Of a stretch of DNA of 64,000 bases, positions 48,256-58,100 are shown piece after piece. The stretch is taken from contig JBAQFA010000009.1 in the NCBI GenBank assembly GCA_049287025.1, positions 24,802 to 88,801 of the forward strand. Direction: 5' to 3'. The first letter of the stretch is position 1. Every line of letters starts with the position of its first letter. The notes under the pieces are model-generated. The model searched no databases. It saw only the letters and a program-made list of their open reading frames with translations, and was not told where the DNA came from. The stretch is from Candidatus Magasanikiibacteriota bacterium. GTDB lineage: Bacteria > Patescibacteriota > Patescibacteriia > Magasanikbacterales > UBA922. A program made the translations under genes and the position numbers.

Positions 48256-48370
48256 TTGTCCAACTTTCGAGGTACATCCTCGATTGTCAGAACTTCCTCC
48301 ATCTTTATACAAAAAATATTTTGGACAAAGATGGAAGGCCCGGCGCTTTGTTGACGCGCGGCCGGGCGAA
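48256..48370 (-). repeat. Inter-cassette element on the minus strand: diverged box A, hairpin 1, leader-like
   Basis: In reverse complement it reads ..GCCCGGCCGCGCGTCAAC.. (diverged box A), then CCATCTTTGTCCAAAATATTTTTTGTATAAAGATGG (hairpin 1), then TTCTGACAATCGAGGATGTACCTCGAAAGTTGGACAAC (leader-like). Confidence 0.65.
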
Positions 48371-48385
48371 GCGTGGCGGAGTGTG

Positions 48386-48652
48386 TTACTCCTTGGGTGT
48401 GGAGAGGTGGAGAAAGTGGCGGATTTTTTGCCAGAAGATTTTGTTGGCTTCTATTCCGGCTTCCTTTTTCGCTCGAGCCTCCCTGATGCCCTTGTTCCTT
48501 TCGAGGCCACACTGGGGGCAGTAGGACATGTGAGGTAAGAGTTCATTTCCACACAGGCATTGTGGAAGAGCAACTCTCTTTACACCACAATATTGACAGA
48601 ACTCTGAGTATCCCACGTGACTACACATCGGGCACAGCCTACTCTCAAGCAT
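48386..48652 (-). CDS. GC-rich cassette 6: double zinc-ribbon protein
   Basis: SD GGAGG 5 nt before the ATG (MLESRLCPMCS). It has CPMC..CQYC and CPQC motifs. About 88 aa. Confidence 0.5.
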   Translation of the reverse strand: MLESRLCPMCSHVGYSEFCQYCGVKRVALPQCLCGNELLPHMSYCPQCGLERNKGIREARAKKEAGIEANKIFWQKIRHFLHLSTPKE

Positions 48653-48659
48653 TTCTTCC

Positions 48660-48749
48660 TCCAGAGTGTAAGGAATTTCGTCCAACTTTCGAGGCCCATC
48701 CTCGATCGTCAGAACAAGGAATTGTAGATTATTTATGAGTAATTGTCAA
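48660..48749 (-). promoter_or_regulatory. Sigma70 promoter TTGACA-17-TACAAT plus the conserved cassette leader, on the minus strand
   Basis: The reverse complement of 48721-48749 is TTGACAattactcataaataatcTACAAT, followed by tCCTTGTTCTGACGATCGAGGATGGGCCTCGAAAGTTGGACG. Confidence 0.6.
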
Positions 48750-48974
48750 GATTAAGTAGTTCAAAAATGTATATAAAATAGGCTAAAATAAGCTAAATAA
48801 TTATTAACACATATAATTTTGTCGGGATGATTTGACATATATTGTTATATATGTTATATTAGTTATGGTTTAAAACATTATTTTGTTTGCTAAAGTGGTT
48901 AATTGTAGGAAAGATTCACCCTTCGGGTATCTTCGACCTCTCCGCCAGTCGGCGGATCGGAATGAACTAAAAAA

Positions 48975-49763
48975 ATGGAAAAAAATAATTTAGAAAAATT
49001 AATAGATTTGGGTCTACAAGAAAATGAAGCCAAAATATATTTGGCTTTGTTGGAATTGGGAAAAGGCAATGTGACCGAAATTAGTCGGCGCGCAGGATTG
49101 AACCGGACGACGGGTTATGATATTTTGGAACGTCTTGGTTTACATGGTATGGTGAACCGCGCCAGAGTGGGTAGTAAAAAAATTATTTATGTGGCCGAAC
49201 CGCCATCACATTTGCGTCAGTACTTGGAAGACAAAAAACGCGCCATGGAAAGACGGATGGAAGAATTAAATGATTTGTTGCCAGATTTGCAATCACTTTA
49301 TAAAACTGATATTAAACCAGTTATAAAATTTGCCGAAGGGAAAAGTGAAATGCAAAAATTGTATTTGAATGTTTTGGATGCGAAGAGTGAAGTTTATTCA
49401 ATTCTTAATTTAAAAGGTTATGCCGAAGTTTTTGATGAACTGGGTGCTTATCAATCCAAAGAACGACATAAAAAAGGCATAAAAGAAAAAGTTTTGGCTA
49501 TAAAAAATGATACCGCTCTGTGGTGGTATAATAAAACTTATAAAAATAAAACTGCCAAGGATAAAAAGTTAACCGAATATCGCTGGCTAGAAGATGCGGA
49601 AAAGTATTCTACCGCCGGAGAAGTAAATATTTTTGATGATAAAGTAATTGGTGTATTATCCAAACCAAGTGAAAATGTGGCATTTGAAATTCAATCACAG
49701 ACATTTGCGGATTTTTTGAAATTAGTTTTTGAAATGGCGTGGAAGAATAGTGAACAAAAATAA
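48975..49763 (+). CDS. TrmB-family regulator paralog D
   Basis: N-terminus LGLQENEAKIYLALLELGKGNVTEISRRAGLNRTTGYDILERLGLHGMV. The C-terminus is ..FLKLVFEMAWKNS. It is divergent from cassettes 6-7. Confidence 0.75.
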   Translation: MEKNNLEKLIDLGLQENEAKIYLALLELGKGNVTEISRRAGLNRTTGYDILERLGLHGMVNRARVGSKKIIYVAEPPSHLRQYLEDKKRAMERRMEELNDLLPDLQSLYKTDIKPVIKFAEGKSEMQKLYLNVLDAKSEVYSILNLKGYAEVFDELGAYQSKERHKKGIKEKVLAIKNDTALWWYNKTYKNKTAKDKKLTEYRWLEDAEKYSTAGEVNIFDDKVIGVLSKPSENVAFEIQSQTFADFLKLVFEMAWKNSEQK

Positions 49764-49778
49764 AATAATAATTGTACA

Positions 49779-49807
49779 TAAATTTTACGAAAATTAAACA
49801 AAAATTT
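49779..49807. repeat. Right 27-bp direct repeat of the 47.6-49.8 kb module
   Basis: See 47597-47625. Confidence 0.65.
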
Positions 49808-49908
49808 TACAAATCATTTTAACAAATTTATAAAATATTAATACAATTCTAAATATAAAAAAGATTAATTTGTTTTGTTAAATTTATTTTATTTTTAATT
49901 TAGGGGGT

Positions 49909-52900
49909 ATGAAATATAAAATGCCTGTCCGCAATGTATTTCGCATTTTAGCGAATAAAGGCGGGTCTGTCATAATATCCATATTTTTTGTTATGGGTAT
50001 TTTTTTAATTATCAATTTAGCACGATCGGAAAATACTGATATTGTGATAAATGAAATTTGCCCCACCGGTTGTGCCGTGTCTGGTCACCAGTGGATTGAA
50101 ATATATAATAAAGGGGATGTTGCGGTTGATTTGAGTGGTTGGAAATTTTGGGAAGGAGAAACAAACCATGGATTAGATATTTCATCATCTAGTTTGGAAC
50201 AAGATTTTTTAATTGAACCAGGAGAATATGCCATTATTGCCCAAAATGATTTGTATTTTTTTGAGGATCATCCAGATGTTACATCCACTATATTTGATAG
50301 TTCGTGGGGAACATTGAATAAGGGTGGGGAATTGATTGGAATGAAAGATAATAATGGTGATTTGTTAGAAGAATTTATATATAAAGCAATTAATAATTTT
50401 TCTTTAGAAAGAAAAGATGCTAATGAATTAATTACAGATGAAAATAATTGGCTAGAACATCCAGATAGTAATTCTGTGGGCCAAGTAAATTATTGGAGTG
50501 GGTACACGGATGACACAGGACACGGAGATACGGAAGATGAGGAGGACACGGAAGATGATGGAGATACAGAGGGCGATGATGAAACAACGACATCTACTCC
50601 ACCCATTGCCACTTCAACTGATGCGGTTTTAGTTATAAATGAATTTGTCAGTGATCCAGATGAAGGACAAAATGAGTGGATTGAATTATATAATATTGGC
50701 ACTTCTACTATTGATTTGGATGGTTGGACATTGTCTGATGGAGTTGGAGTGATATCTTCACCAACTGGTACGATTGATGCTAATGGATTTTTTGTGATTG
50801 AATTATCTTCAACCAAACTAAATAATTCTGGAGATATTATAATTTTAAAAAATTTAAATGAAGAAACAGTTGATCAGGTGTGTTTTGGTAATTGGATTGA
50901 AGGTTGTTTACCCGAAGCGACCAGTGCTCCAGACAAAGGCAATTCTATTGCTAGAATTGTTGACGGCGGGGATACAAATAATGATAAAAATGATTGGCAA
51001 GAAACAACTACGCTGACAAAGGGTTTAATTAATATAATTACTGCACCAGTGGTCAATCCACCGCCATCGGGTGGTGGTGGCGGAGGAGGTGGAACAGAAA
51101 TTGTTTATTATAATGCCGGGGAAATTATTATTAATGAAATTAATTCTGATCCAGGCGATGGTGAAGATGAATTTGTTGAATTGTATAATAAAACTAGTGA
51201 TAGTATTAGTTTGGACAATTGGTGGCTAGAAGATGGGAGCGAAACCAAAACAAAATTAAGTGGCAGTATTAATGCTCGTGGTTTTTTTGTAATAGAAAAA
51301 CCGAGTGGCAATCTAAACAATGCTGGAGATTTGTTAGCCTTATTTTCTCCAGATGGTAAAGAAATTGACAAAGTATCTTATGGTACATGGGATGATGGTA
51401 ATATAAATGATAACGCCCCAGCCCCAGAAGATCCATTAAGTCTAGTGCGTAAAGTGGATGGTCAGGATTCGGATAATGATTACTATGATTTTGTTTTAAC
51501 TTCATCTATTACCAAAGGCAAGAGTAATAAAATTTCTGCCGTGTTGGAAGATGGAGAAATTTTGGAACAAATAATTGGTTCTAGTAAAATTATTCTTAAT
51601 GAAATTTTTCCCAATCCAAAAGCGAGTGACAATGATGAAGAATTTATTGAATTAAAAAATATTGGAGAAGAAACAGTGAATCTAAAAGATTGGCAATTGA
51701 GTGATTCAACCGCTAGAAAATATAAAATTACCCAAGGCAGTATTCCGGCTGGTGGTTATATAGTTTTTAAACGCATTATGACGGGTATTGCTCTTAATAA
51801 TACTGGCGGGGAAGAAATAAAATTATTTTTACCTAGTGGTAGTTTGGTTGATAGTGTAAAATATTCTGGTAGTGCAGATGATAATATTTCTTATGCGCAA
51901 CTGGAAGATGGTGGTTGGAAATGGACTACAAAATTAACTCCAGGCAAGGATAATATTATTGAAGGTAAAGCAGCTTTGCCAATAATTTCGATTGATGTAG
52001 ATACAGAAGTGGCTGTAGGTGAGTCAGTGGTTTTTGATGCGTCAGACACGACTGATCCAGATGGTGAGAAGATGACTTTTGTTTGGAATTTTGGTGATGG
52101 CGAAGACGATACTGGTGATGTGGTGGAACATAGTTTTAATACCGAGGGAGTCTATACTGTAATTTTAAATGTGACAAATAAAAATGGAGCAATAGCAGAA
52201 AAGAAAATAATTATTACGGTAAAAAATAAATTAAGTTTTGTGGGTGGTTATTATCAAGCTGATGATGTAAGTAAGATTGAAATTTCAGAAATTTTACCCA
52301 ATCCTATAGGCAGTGATACTACGGAATTTGTTGAATTGTATAATCCGACTGATAAGGATATTGATTTGGGTGGAATAAAAATTGATGATGAAGAAGGTGG
52401 TTCACGTGCTTATACTATTCCAGATAAGACAATTATTCCTGCCGGTGTTTATCTAGTATTCGGTCGACAAGATACAAAACTAGCCTTGAATAATACGAGT
52501 GATTCAGTTCGTTTATTATATCCAGATGGGACAATTTTTAAAGAAGTAAGATTTGATGATGTGTCTGAAGGGGCAAGTTATATCCAAGATGAGAATGATA
52601 GTTGGCAATGGACAAGCGCAATTACTCCTGGTGAAGAAAATATTGATACTTTGGTAGTGGAAAAGGCAACTACTAGAACACTGAGTAAATCAAAAGGAAT
52701 AAAACCAATAATTAATACCACTTTGGAAAAATTGCGCGATGAAGATATTGGTGACAAAGTAAGAGTGACTGGGGTCGTGGCTGTAGAACCAGGAGTTTTG
52801 GCTTCACAGTATTTTTACATTGTCGGTTCACCAGGCGTACAGGTGTATATGTACAAAAAAGATTTCCCTGATTTAAAAGTGGGAGATAGGATTGAAATTA

Positions 52901-53469
52901 GTGGAGAAATTTCCGAGAGTTATGGTAATACCAGAATAAAATTAGCCAGCAAAGATGATATTAAAAAGATTGATCACCCGGGTGATCCAGAGCCATTGAT
53001 AGTGGAAGTGGCCGATGTGCAAGAACAGATGGAAGGCTGGCTCGTGCAAGTGAGTGGAGAAGTTACAGAAATAAAAGGTTCATATATGTATGTGGACGAT
53101 GGGACTGAGGAGGTACAAGTTTATTTTAAACGTGGAGCCAATATTAATAAAAAGATTTATCAAGTGGGGGATATAGTAAATGTAAAAGGTTTGGTGGCAC
53201 AAACAAAAGCGGGGTATCAGATTTTACCACGGTCGCAAAGTGATATAGAAAAAACAGGCGTAGCCGAAGATGCTGTGATCCAGATTGCGGCGAGTGAAGA
53301 AGAAGGAAAAAAAGAAGTAGCGGAAAAATATTTAACAGCTACGGCTGGTGGATTGACTTCACTTTTGTTTGGTTTGTTTGCCAAAGCACGAGGAAAAATG
53401 GCTTTGGGTTTTGTAAAAAAAGTTGGCGTGGTGGCAGTGGATGTCATAAAGAGGAGGACGAAAGGGTAA
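49909..53469 (+). CDS. Giant surface protein with an N-terminal TM anchor, about five lamin-tail-domain (LTD) repeats, a PKD domain, an OB-fold and a C-terminal TM anchor
   Basis: The repeated unit is INEI.P....EFIELYN.....DLSGW.L.D (LTD). The PKD segment is VVFDASDTTDPDGEKMTFVWNFGDG. An OB-fold-like region (KVRVTGVVAVEPGV) sits near the C-terminus. There is a poly-Gly run and an acidic TEDEEDTEDDGDTEGDDETT spacer. Confidence 0.75.
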   Translation: MKYKMPVRNVFRILANKGGSVIISIFFVMGIFLIINLARSENTDIVINEICPTGCAVSGHQWIEIYNKGDVAVDLSGWKFWEGETNHGLDISSSSLEQDFLIEPGEYAIIAQNDLYFFEDHPDVTSTIFDSSWGTLNKGGELIGMKDNNGDLLEEFIYKAINNFSLERKDANELITDENNWLEHPDSNSVGQVNYWSGYTDDTGHGDTEDEEDTEDDGDTEGDDETTTSTPPIATSTDAVLVINEFVSDPDEGQNEWIELYNIGTSTIDLDGWTLSDGVGVISSPTGTIDANGFFVIELSSTKLNNSGDIIILKNLNEETVDQVCFGNWIEGCLPEATSAPDKGNSIARIVDGGDTNNDKNDWQETTTLTKGLINIITAPVVNPPPSGGGGGGGGTEIVYYNAGEIIINEINSDPGDGEDEFVELYNKTSDSISLDNWWLEDGSETKTKLSGSINARGFFVIEKPSGNLNNAGDLLALFSPDGKEIDKVSYGTWDDGNINDNAPAPEDPLSLVRKVDGQDSDNDYYDFVLTSSITKGKSNKISAVLEDGEILEQIIGSSKIILNEIFPNPKASDNDEEFIELKNIGEETVNLKDWQLSDSTARKYKITQGSIPAGGYIVFKRIMTGIALNNTGGEEIKLFLPSGSLVDSVKYSGSADDNISYAQLEDGGWKWTTKLTPGKDNIIEGKAALPIISIDVDTEVAVGESVVFDASDTTDPDGEKMTFVWNFGDGEDDTGDVVEHSFNTEGVYTVILNVTNKNGAIAEKKIIITVKNKLSFVGGYYQADDVSKIEISEILPNPIGSDTTEFVELYNPTDKDIDLGGIKIDDEEGGSRAYTIPDKTIIPAGVYLVFGRQDTKLALNNTSDSVRLLYPDGTIFKEVRFDDVSEGASYIQDENDSWQWTSAITPGEENIDTLVVEKATTRTLSKSKGIKPIINTTLEKLRDEDIGDKVRVTGVVAVEPGVLASQYFYIVGSPGVQVYMYKKDFPDLKVGDRIEISGEISESYGNTRIKLASKDDIKKIDHPGDPEPLIVEVADVQEQMEGWLVQVSGEVTEIKGSYMYVDDGTEEVQVYFKRGANINKKIYQVGDIVNVKGLVAQTKAGYQILPRSQSDIEKTGVAEDAVIQIAASEEEGKKEVAEKYLTATAGGLTSLLFGLFAKARGKMALGFVKKVGVVAVDVIKRRTKG

Positions 53470-53547
53470 AAAACTCACCCCCTAACCCCCTCTCTTAAAA
53501 ATAGAGGGGGGAAAAAGACAAAATCAAAAAAATTTGCTATAATGTAA

Positions 53548-53628
53548 ACAATATACAAAATACAAATAATAATATTAAAAAATATTTTGTATTTTGTTAC
53601 GTGTATATTGTATTTTGTTTTTATGGAC
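53548..53628. repeat. Palindromic AT-rich element, copy 2, upstream of the kef start
   Basis: ATATACAAAATACAAATA ... GTGTATATTGTATTTTGTTTTTATGGAC. Confidence 0.55.
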
Positions 53629-55317
53629 AACATTTTTCTCCAAATTTCAGTCTTAATGGGAATCACAGTTAGTATTGCACTCATAATGCGTCTGCTTCGT
53701 CAGCCATTAATTGTCGCCTATATTATAGCTGGTCTAGTAGCTGGACCATTATTTTTAAATTTGCTTGGCCACAGTGAAGAATTTTTTAATACCTTTGCCA
53801 AGTTTGGGATTGTTCTCTTGTTGTTTTTGGTAGGTTTGAGTTTGAATTTTACTTATATAAAAAGAATGGGAAAGAAAGTTGTAATTGGTGGTGGTGTTCA
53901 ATTTATTTTGACTTCAATCATTGGAGTAGGGGTGGTAATGTTGTTAGGTTTTAGTTTTCAATCATCATTATTTTTATCAATCGCAGTCGCTTTTTCTAGC
54001 ACGATTATTGTAACCAAATTGTTGGCTGACAAAAAAGATTTGGAAACAGTTTATGGTCGCTATACTATTGGCGTGTTGTTGGTCCAAGACATTATTGCGG
54101 TTTTGTTAATGGTATTTTTTAATACTCCTGATGTCCAAGGCGATATTTGGTATAAGACTTTATTTATTATTTTGAGTAAGGGCTTTATTTTGTTGAGCGT
54201 GGTTTATATCATGGCAAAATTTTTATTACCAAAATTAATGGATCGAGTGGCGCGTAATGGTGAGTTATTATTTATTTTTACGATTGCTTGGTGTTTTGGG
54301 GTGGCGAGTATAGTTTATCTGGGTGGATTTAGTATAGAGATTGGAGCGATTATTGCGGGTATTTCTCTTGGCACTTCACCATATCAACCAGAGATTAGCA
54401 GTCGACTTCGTCCTTTGCGAGATTTTTTCTTAGTATTATTTTTTATTGTGCTTGGTAGCGAATTACAATTTAGTGATATTGGTCGGGCAATTTTTCCAGC
54501 GATTATTTTATCAATGTTTATTTTAATTATTGATCCGATTATTTTATTTTTTGCCATGAGGCGGATTAATTATACTAGACGCAATTCTTTTTTGGCCAGT
54601 ATTACGGCGGCTCAGGTAAGTGAGTTTGGATTTATTATAATTTTTACGGCTAGTGGACTAGGTTATTTACAAGGGGTAGAATTGGCAGTATTAACTTTGA
54701 CCGCTCTAATCACGATTATTGTTTCTTCATATCTTATTACTTACAATGAAAAAATTTATCAATGGCTTTTACCATTTTTTATTCTTTTTGGAAAAGATAA
54801 AGCCACTATGCAAGAAGAAGTAAAAGAAACTTACCAAGTATTTGTTTTTGGTTATCATCGGATTGGTTGGAAAGTATGTGAAGCTTTGGCACGTAAAAAA
54901 ATAAAATATGCGGTGATTGATTATAACCCAGACGCGATCACTCGACTCAAACAGCGTAATATTCCAGCTTTTTTTGGTGATGTGGCTGATGTAGAATTTT
55001 TATCAGAATTGCCATTAGAAAAAGCCGATATGATTATTTCTACTATTCCTACAGCCGATGATCAAATGACTATGATAAAACATATAAGAAAGATGACTAA
55101 TAAAACGGTTATTATTGCTAATCTATATTATAATGATCATTTGGATGATTTGTATGAAGCTGGGGCTAATTATGTGATGATGCCCCACCTACTTGGTGGA
55201 CAATGGATAGCCGAAGTTTTGCATAATCATGCTTGGAGCAAATCAACTTTTGAAAAATTAAAAAAAGAACAACGAGAGGAAATGAAGTTGAGATTTACAG
55301 TAGGGGTGCATGAATAG
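53623..55317 (+). CDS. CPA2-family cation:proton antiporter with a C-terminal RCK/TrkA-N domain (Kef-like)
   Basis: It has about 12 TM helices. The RCK segment is VFGYHRIGWKVCEALARKKIKYAVIDYNPDAI. The start is taken at MDNIFLQ. Confidence 0.8.
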   Translation: MDNIFLQISVLMGITVSIALIMRLLRQPLIVAYIIAGLVAGPLFLNLLGHSEEFFNTFAKFGIVLLLFLVGLSLNFTYIKRMGKKVVIGGGVQFILTSIIGVGVVMLLGFSFQSSLFLSIAVAFSSTIIVTKLLADKKDLETVYGRYTIGVLLVQDIIAVLLMVFFNTPDVQGDIWYKTLFIILSKGFILLSVVYIMAKFLLPKLMDRVARNGELLFIFTIAWCFGVASIVYLGGFSIEIGAIIAGISLGTSPYQPEISSRLRPLRDFFLVLFFIVLGSELQFSDIGRAIFPAIILSMFILIIDPIILFFAMRRINYTRRNSFLASITAAQVSEFGFIIIFTASGLGYLQGVELAVLTLTALITIIVSSYLITYNEKIYQWLLPFFILFGKDKATMQEEVKETYQVFVFGYHRIGWKVCEALARKKIKYAVIDYNPDAITRLKQRNIPAFFGDVADVEFLSELPLEKADMIISTIPTADDQMTMIKHIRKMTNKTVIIANLYYNDHLDDLYEAGANYVMMPHLLGGQWIAEVLHNHAWSKSTFEKLKKEQREEMKLRFTVGVHE

Positions 55318-55354
55318 AAAAGTTGTAAAGTTAAAAGTTATAAAGTTTCTAAAG

Positions 55355-55392
55355 TAAAAAAATTACCTCTAAACATAGAGGTAATTTTTTAT
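55355..55392 (+). terminator. Intrinsic terminator after kef
   Basis: AAAAAAATTACCTCTAAACATAGAGGTAATTTTTT. Confidence 0.6.
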
Positions 55393-55578
55393 TGACATTG
55401 TCGACCTGTAGATACTATACTTGAACTATATAATAATGTACTAAATAACTTGGAGTTGGTGACTAAATGGAATACTTCAGTTAAAGATTTTTGCAAACAA
55501 GAGATCAGGACTAACACACTTGCTTTTAGATAAAAAGTGGCTTAAAATAGGGTTATATAATGTTTAATCACTTAAAAT

Positions 55579-55761
55579 ATGAACTCACAAGACACTTATA
55601 GCCAAAAAGACAACCACACAGATGTTGCCGAAACACTACCAAATACTAACAACACACCAAGTGATAACCAACCAACAAACAGCCCAAACCAGCAAGTGGT
55701 GGCAAATGACGGAACTACTGTAACTTTAGGCCAAAATGGCCATTCTCATAAGACCAAATAA
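55579..55761 (+). CDS. Small hypothetical protein rich in Thr/Asn/Gln/Pro
   Basis: 60-aa ORF. Its A/C-rich codon composition is unlike its neighbours. Coding status is uncertain. Confidence 0.25.
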   Translation: MNSQDTYSQKDNHTDVAETLPNTNNTPSDNQPTNSPNQQVVANDGTTVTLGQNGHSHKTK

Positions 55762-55813
55762 CTATAGGGCGATTTTCATTGAACTGTAGTTAATATAATA
55801 ATACTATAGTTCT

Positions 55814-56224
55814 ATGATTGATAATCAAACAAAAGAGAAATTCATCGAATTAAGAGCACAAGGAAAAAGTTATAACACAATCTCTAAAGAGATTGGTGTA
55901 AGCAAACCCACACTTATTCAGTGGAGTAGAGAGTTTGTGGACGAAATTTCCAATCTTAAAGCAATAGAATTTGAAGATTTACAAGAAAAGTATTATATAC
56001 ACAAAAGAAAAAGAATAGAAATTTTTGGCACACAACTGGAAGCCATAAAGCAGGAACTTTCTTCAAGAGATCTAAAAACAATTTCAACTGAAAGGCTTTT
56101 GGATTTATTGGCTAAATTTACGACGGTATTGAAAGCAGAAGAAACAACTATAAACTTTACTACAAAAGTCAGTCCCGTTGATGATTATTTAGATCTATCA
56201 GTTGTAAAAAATTGGATTGGATAA
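55814..56224 (+). CDS. HTH protein, either transposase/terminase-small-subunit-like or a regulator
   Basis: ..GKSYNTISKEIGVSKPTLIQWSRE.. is an HTH_23-like motif. Confidence 0.4.
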   Translation: MIDNQTKEKFIELRAQGKSYNTISKEIGVSKPTLIQWSREFVDEISNLKAIEFEDLQEKYYIHKRKRIEIFGTQLEAIKQELSSRDLKTISTERLLDLLAKFTTVLKAEETTINFTTKVSPVDDYLDLSVVKNWIG

Positions 56225-56341
56225 AATATTACCAAAACTTTACTATTTTTTGACCGAGATATTCAAAGAAAGTATATATTGCTTTTATCTCGTTTTTATG
56301 ATAATATAGCGGTACTAAACATTCAGTAGACTTATAATTTT

Positions 56342-57085
56342 ATGAGTAATAAATATAACAAAAATTTCATTGGAAAGGTTGCTTTTCGTTTAGATTTCTC
56401 CGAAAATGTTGCAATTGGTTCATTGAAAGATCTTCATGAAGAAATAAATGATGTTTTTTCAATAAAAGAAGAAAAAGAGAGTGTGACAGGGTTTGTTCAA
56501 TTAGATTTTAAGAGCGGTGAAATGAGAAATGAAACTGAAAAAATGGCTTCTTGGTTATTTAGCAATACAGAAAAAAATAAAAGAATGGAAATAAATTCGA
56601 GATTTTTGTATTTAGAATATGATAAATACAATGAAAAAACTGAACTATTTGACGATATAAAAAATGTAGTTCAAAAATTCATATCAAAATATAATATAAA
56701 AACTTTTAATCGTATTGGTTTAAGATTTATAAACGAAATAAAGTTACAAGAAAGTGAGCAACTGGATTGGACTAAATATATTGACAAAAACCTAATTGCT
56801 AATCTTATTTTTGTTAAAGATCAAAATAAAAAATTAGCTCGTGCAATGAGTGCCTTAGTTTTCAAAGAAGAAAAAGGTGATATAAATTTTAATTTTGGTA
56901 TTTGGAATAGTGAGTATCCAAACGAGGTTAACAGAAAGGAATTTGTATTAGACTATGATTGTTTTTCAAATTTAGGAATTTCTGATGATGAAGTTTTAGA
57001 ACGCACAGAGCAGTTTCATTCATATATTGAAAAACTATTTGAAGCAAGTATAACGGAAGAATTTAGAGGATTGTTAAATAAATAA
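56342..57085 (+). CDS. Hypothetical protein
   Basis: 247-aa ORF with no recognised motif. Confidence 0.4.
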   Translation: MSNKYNKNFIGKVAFRLDFSENVAIGSLKDLHEEINDVFSIKEEKESVTGFVQLDFKSGEMRNETEKMASWLFSNTEKNKRMEINSRFLYLEYDKYNEKTELFDDIKNVVQKFISKYNIKTFNRIGLRFINEIKLQESEQLDWTKYIDKNLIANLIFVKDQNKKLARAMSALVFKEEKGDINFNFGIWNSEYPNEVNRKEFVLDYDCFSNLGISDDEVLERTEQFHSYIEKLFEASITEEFRGLLNK

Positions 57086-57088
57086 AAT

Positions 57089-57289
57089 ATGAATAATAAT
57101 TACTCGCAACAGTCTGCCCAGACAGCAGGTTCAAATGACTCTGGTTATTTTGCAAAACAAAATAATTCTACAGTAACGAGTGATTATATAACTAAAACCA
57201 AGGAAACAGCTGAATTTGTAGTTGTTAATGGTTCAGGTTATTCACAAAGACAGGCAAGAATTGTGAAAAGTAAATATGTTAGAAAGTAA
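57089..57289 (+). CDS. Small hypothetical protein
   Basis: 66 aa, tightly spaced with neighbours on both sides. Confidence 0.3.
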   Translation: MNNNYSQQSAQTAGSNDSGYFAKQNNSTVTSDYITKTKETAEFVVVNGSGYSQRQARIVKSKYVRK

Positions 57290-57854
57290 TATTAAATCTT
57301 TTTATAAAAAACACAGCAAGGAGCGATTTTGCCAAGGTGATATTTTGAGAGATGTAAAAGTTTCAATTGACATTCCAATCGAATGGCAACAATCAGAGGG
57401 TAATACCACAGATTATGATTTACCGTATTGTGTTATTATGACACAAGATTGTGACTTGGATAGAGATTTCGAAAGTAAAAAAGGTGAAAAACTCACAAAC
57501 AACGACAAACATTTACCGACAATTTTAGTTTGTCCAGCATATCGTGATCTTCCTTTTTATGAGGGTAAACATCTTGTAGGCTGGAAAATGCAGGAATACA
57601 AAGGCAAGGCATTAGAAAAAATACAAAAAAACGATGAAATAAACAGGTGCCACTTTCTAAAAGGTGACAGTACCTTACAAATACCAAATCTTGTAATTGA
57701 CTTCAAACATTTCTACACATTGCCAACAAGTATACTTTATGAACAATACAACGATATTTATTTAGCAACTATAAATGAATTATTCAGAGAGAGGCTATCA
57801 CAACGTTTCGCTAATTATTTATCGAGATTTGGTTTGCCAGAATTAAAATCATAG
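57276..57854 (+). CDS. Hypothetical protein
   Basis: 192 aa. It overlaps the upstream ORF, which suggests a three-gene operon. Confidence 0.4.
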   Translation: MLESNIKSFYKKHSKERFCQGDILRDVKVSIDIPIEWQQSEGNTTDYDLPYCVIMTQDCDLDRDFESKKGEKLTNNDKHLPTILVCPAYRDLPFYEGKHLVGWKMQEYKGKALEKIQKNDEINRCHFLKGDSTLQIPNLVIDFKHFYTLPTSILYEQYNDIYLATINELFRERLSQRFANYLSRFGLPELKS

Positions 57855-57910
57855 ATAAAGATTTTATAAAATACGATAATATATAACCAGCTGATAAAGC
57901 TGGTTTATTA

Positions 57911-58100
57911 TTGCTAAATAAACATCAGTATGGTAAAATCATAATGCTAACCCACAACTTAATATACACAAGAATGAATGAGGTTCTCCTCATCTTTTGT
58001 CCGTTTGCGACCAGAGATGGGGTAGCAACCTTCCACAAACGGGCATTCTTGTGTTCGCAAAGTGGGTTAGCAGGTATGCTATCCCTTTTTTGTTTTTAAT
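57911..58100 (+). ncRNA. Candidate small RNA inside the integrative element
   Basis: A TTGCTA-17-TAAAAT promoter spans 57911-57945. The downstream region is structured (CCGTTTG..CAAACGG) and ends in GTATGCTATCCCTTTTTTGTTTTT. The only ORF here (57911-58099) looks spurious. Confidence 0.3.

Noticed and set aside
50490-51505. Several minus-strand ORFs inside the LTD protein gene
   Set aside because: They are antisense to a long, well-supported repeat-domain CDS. Their Ser/Pro-rich low-complexity translations are typical of shadows.
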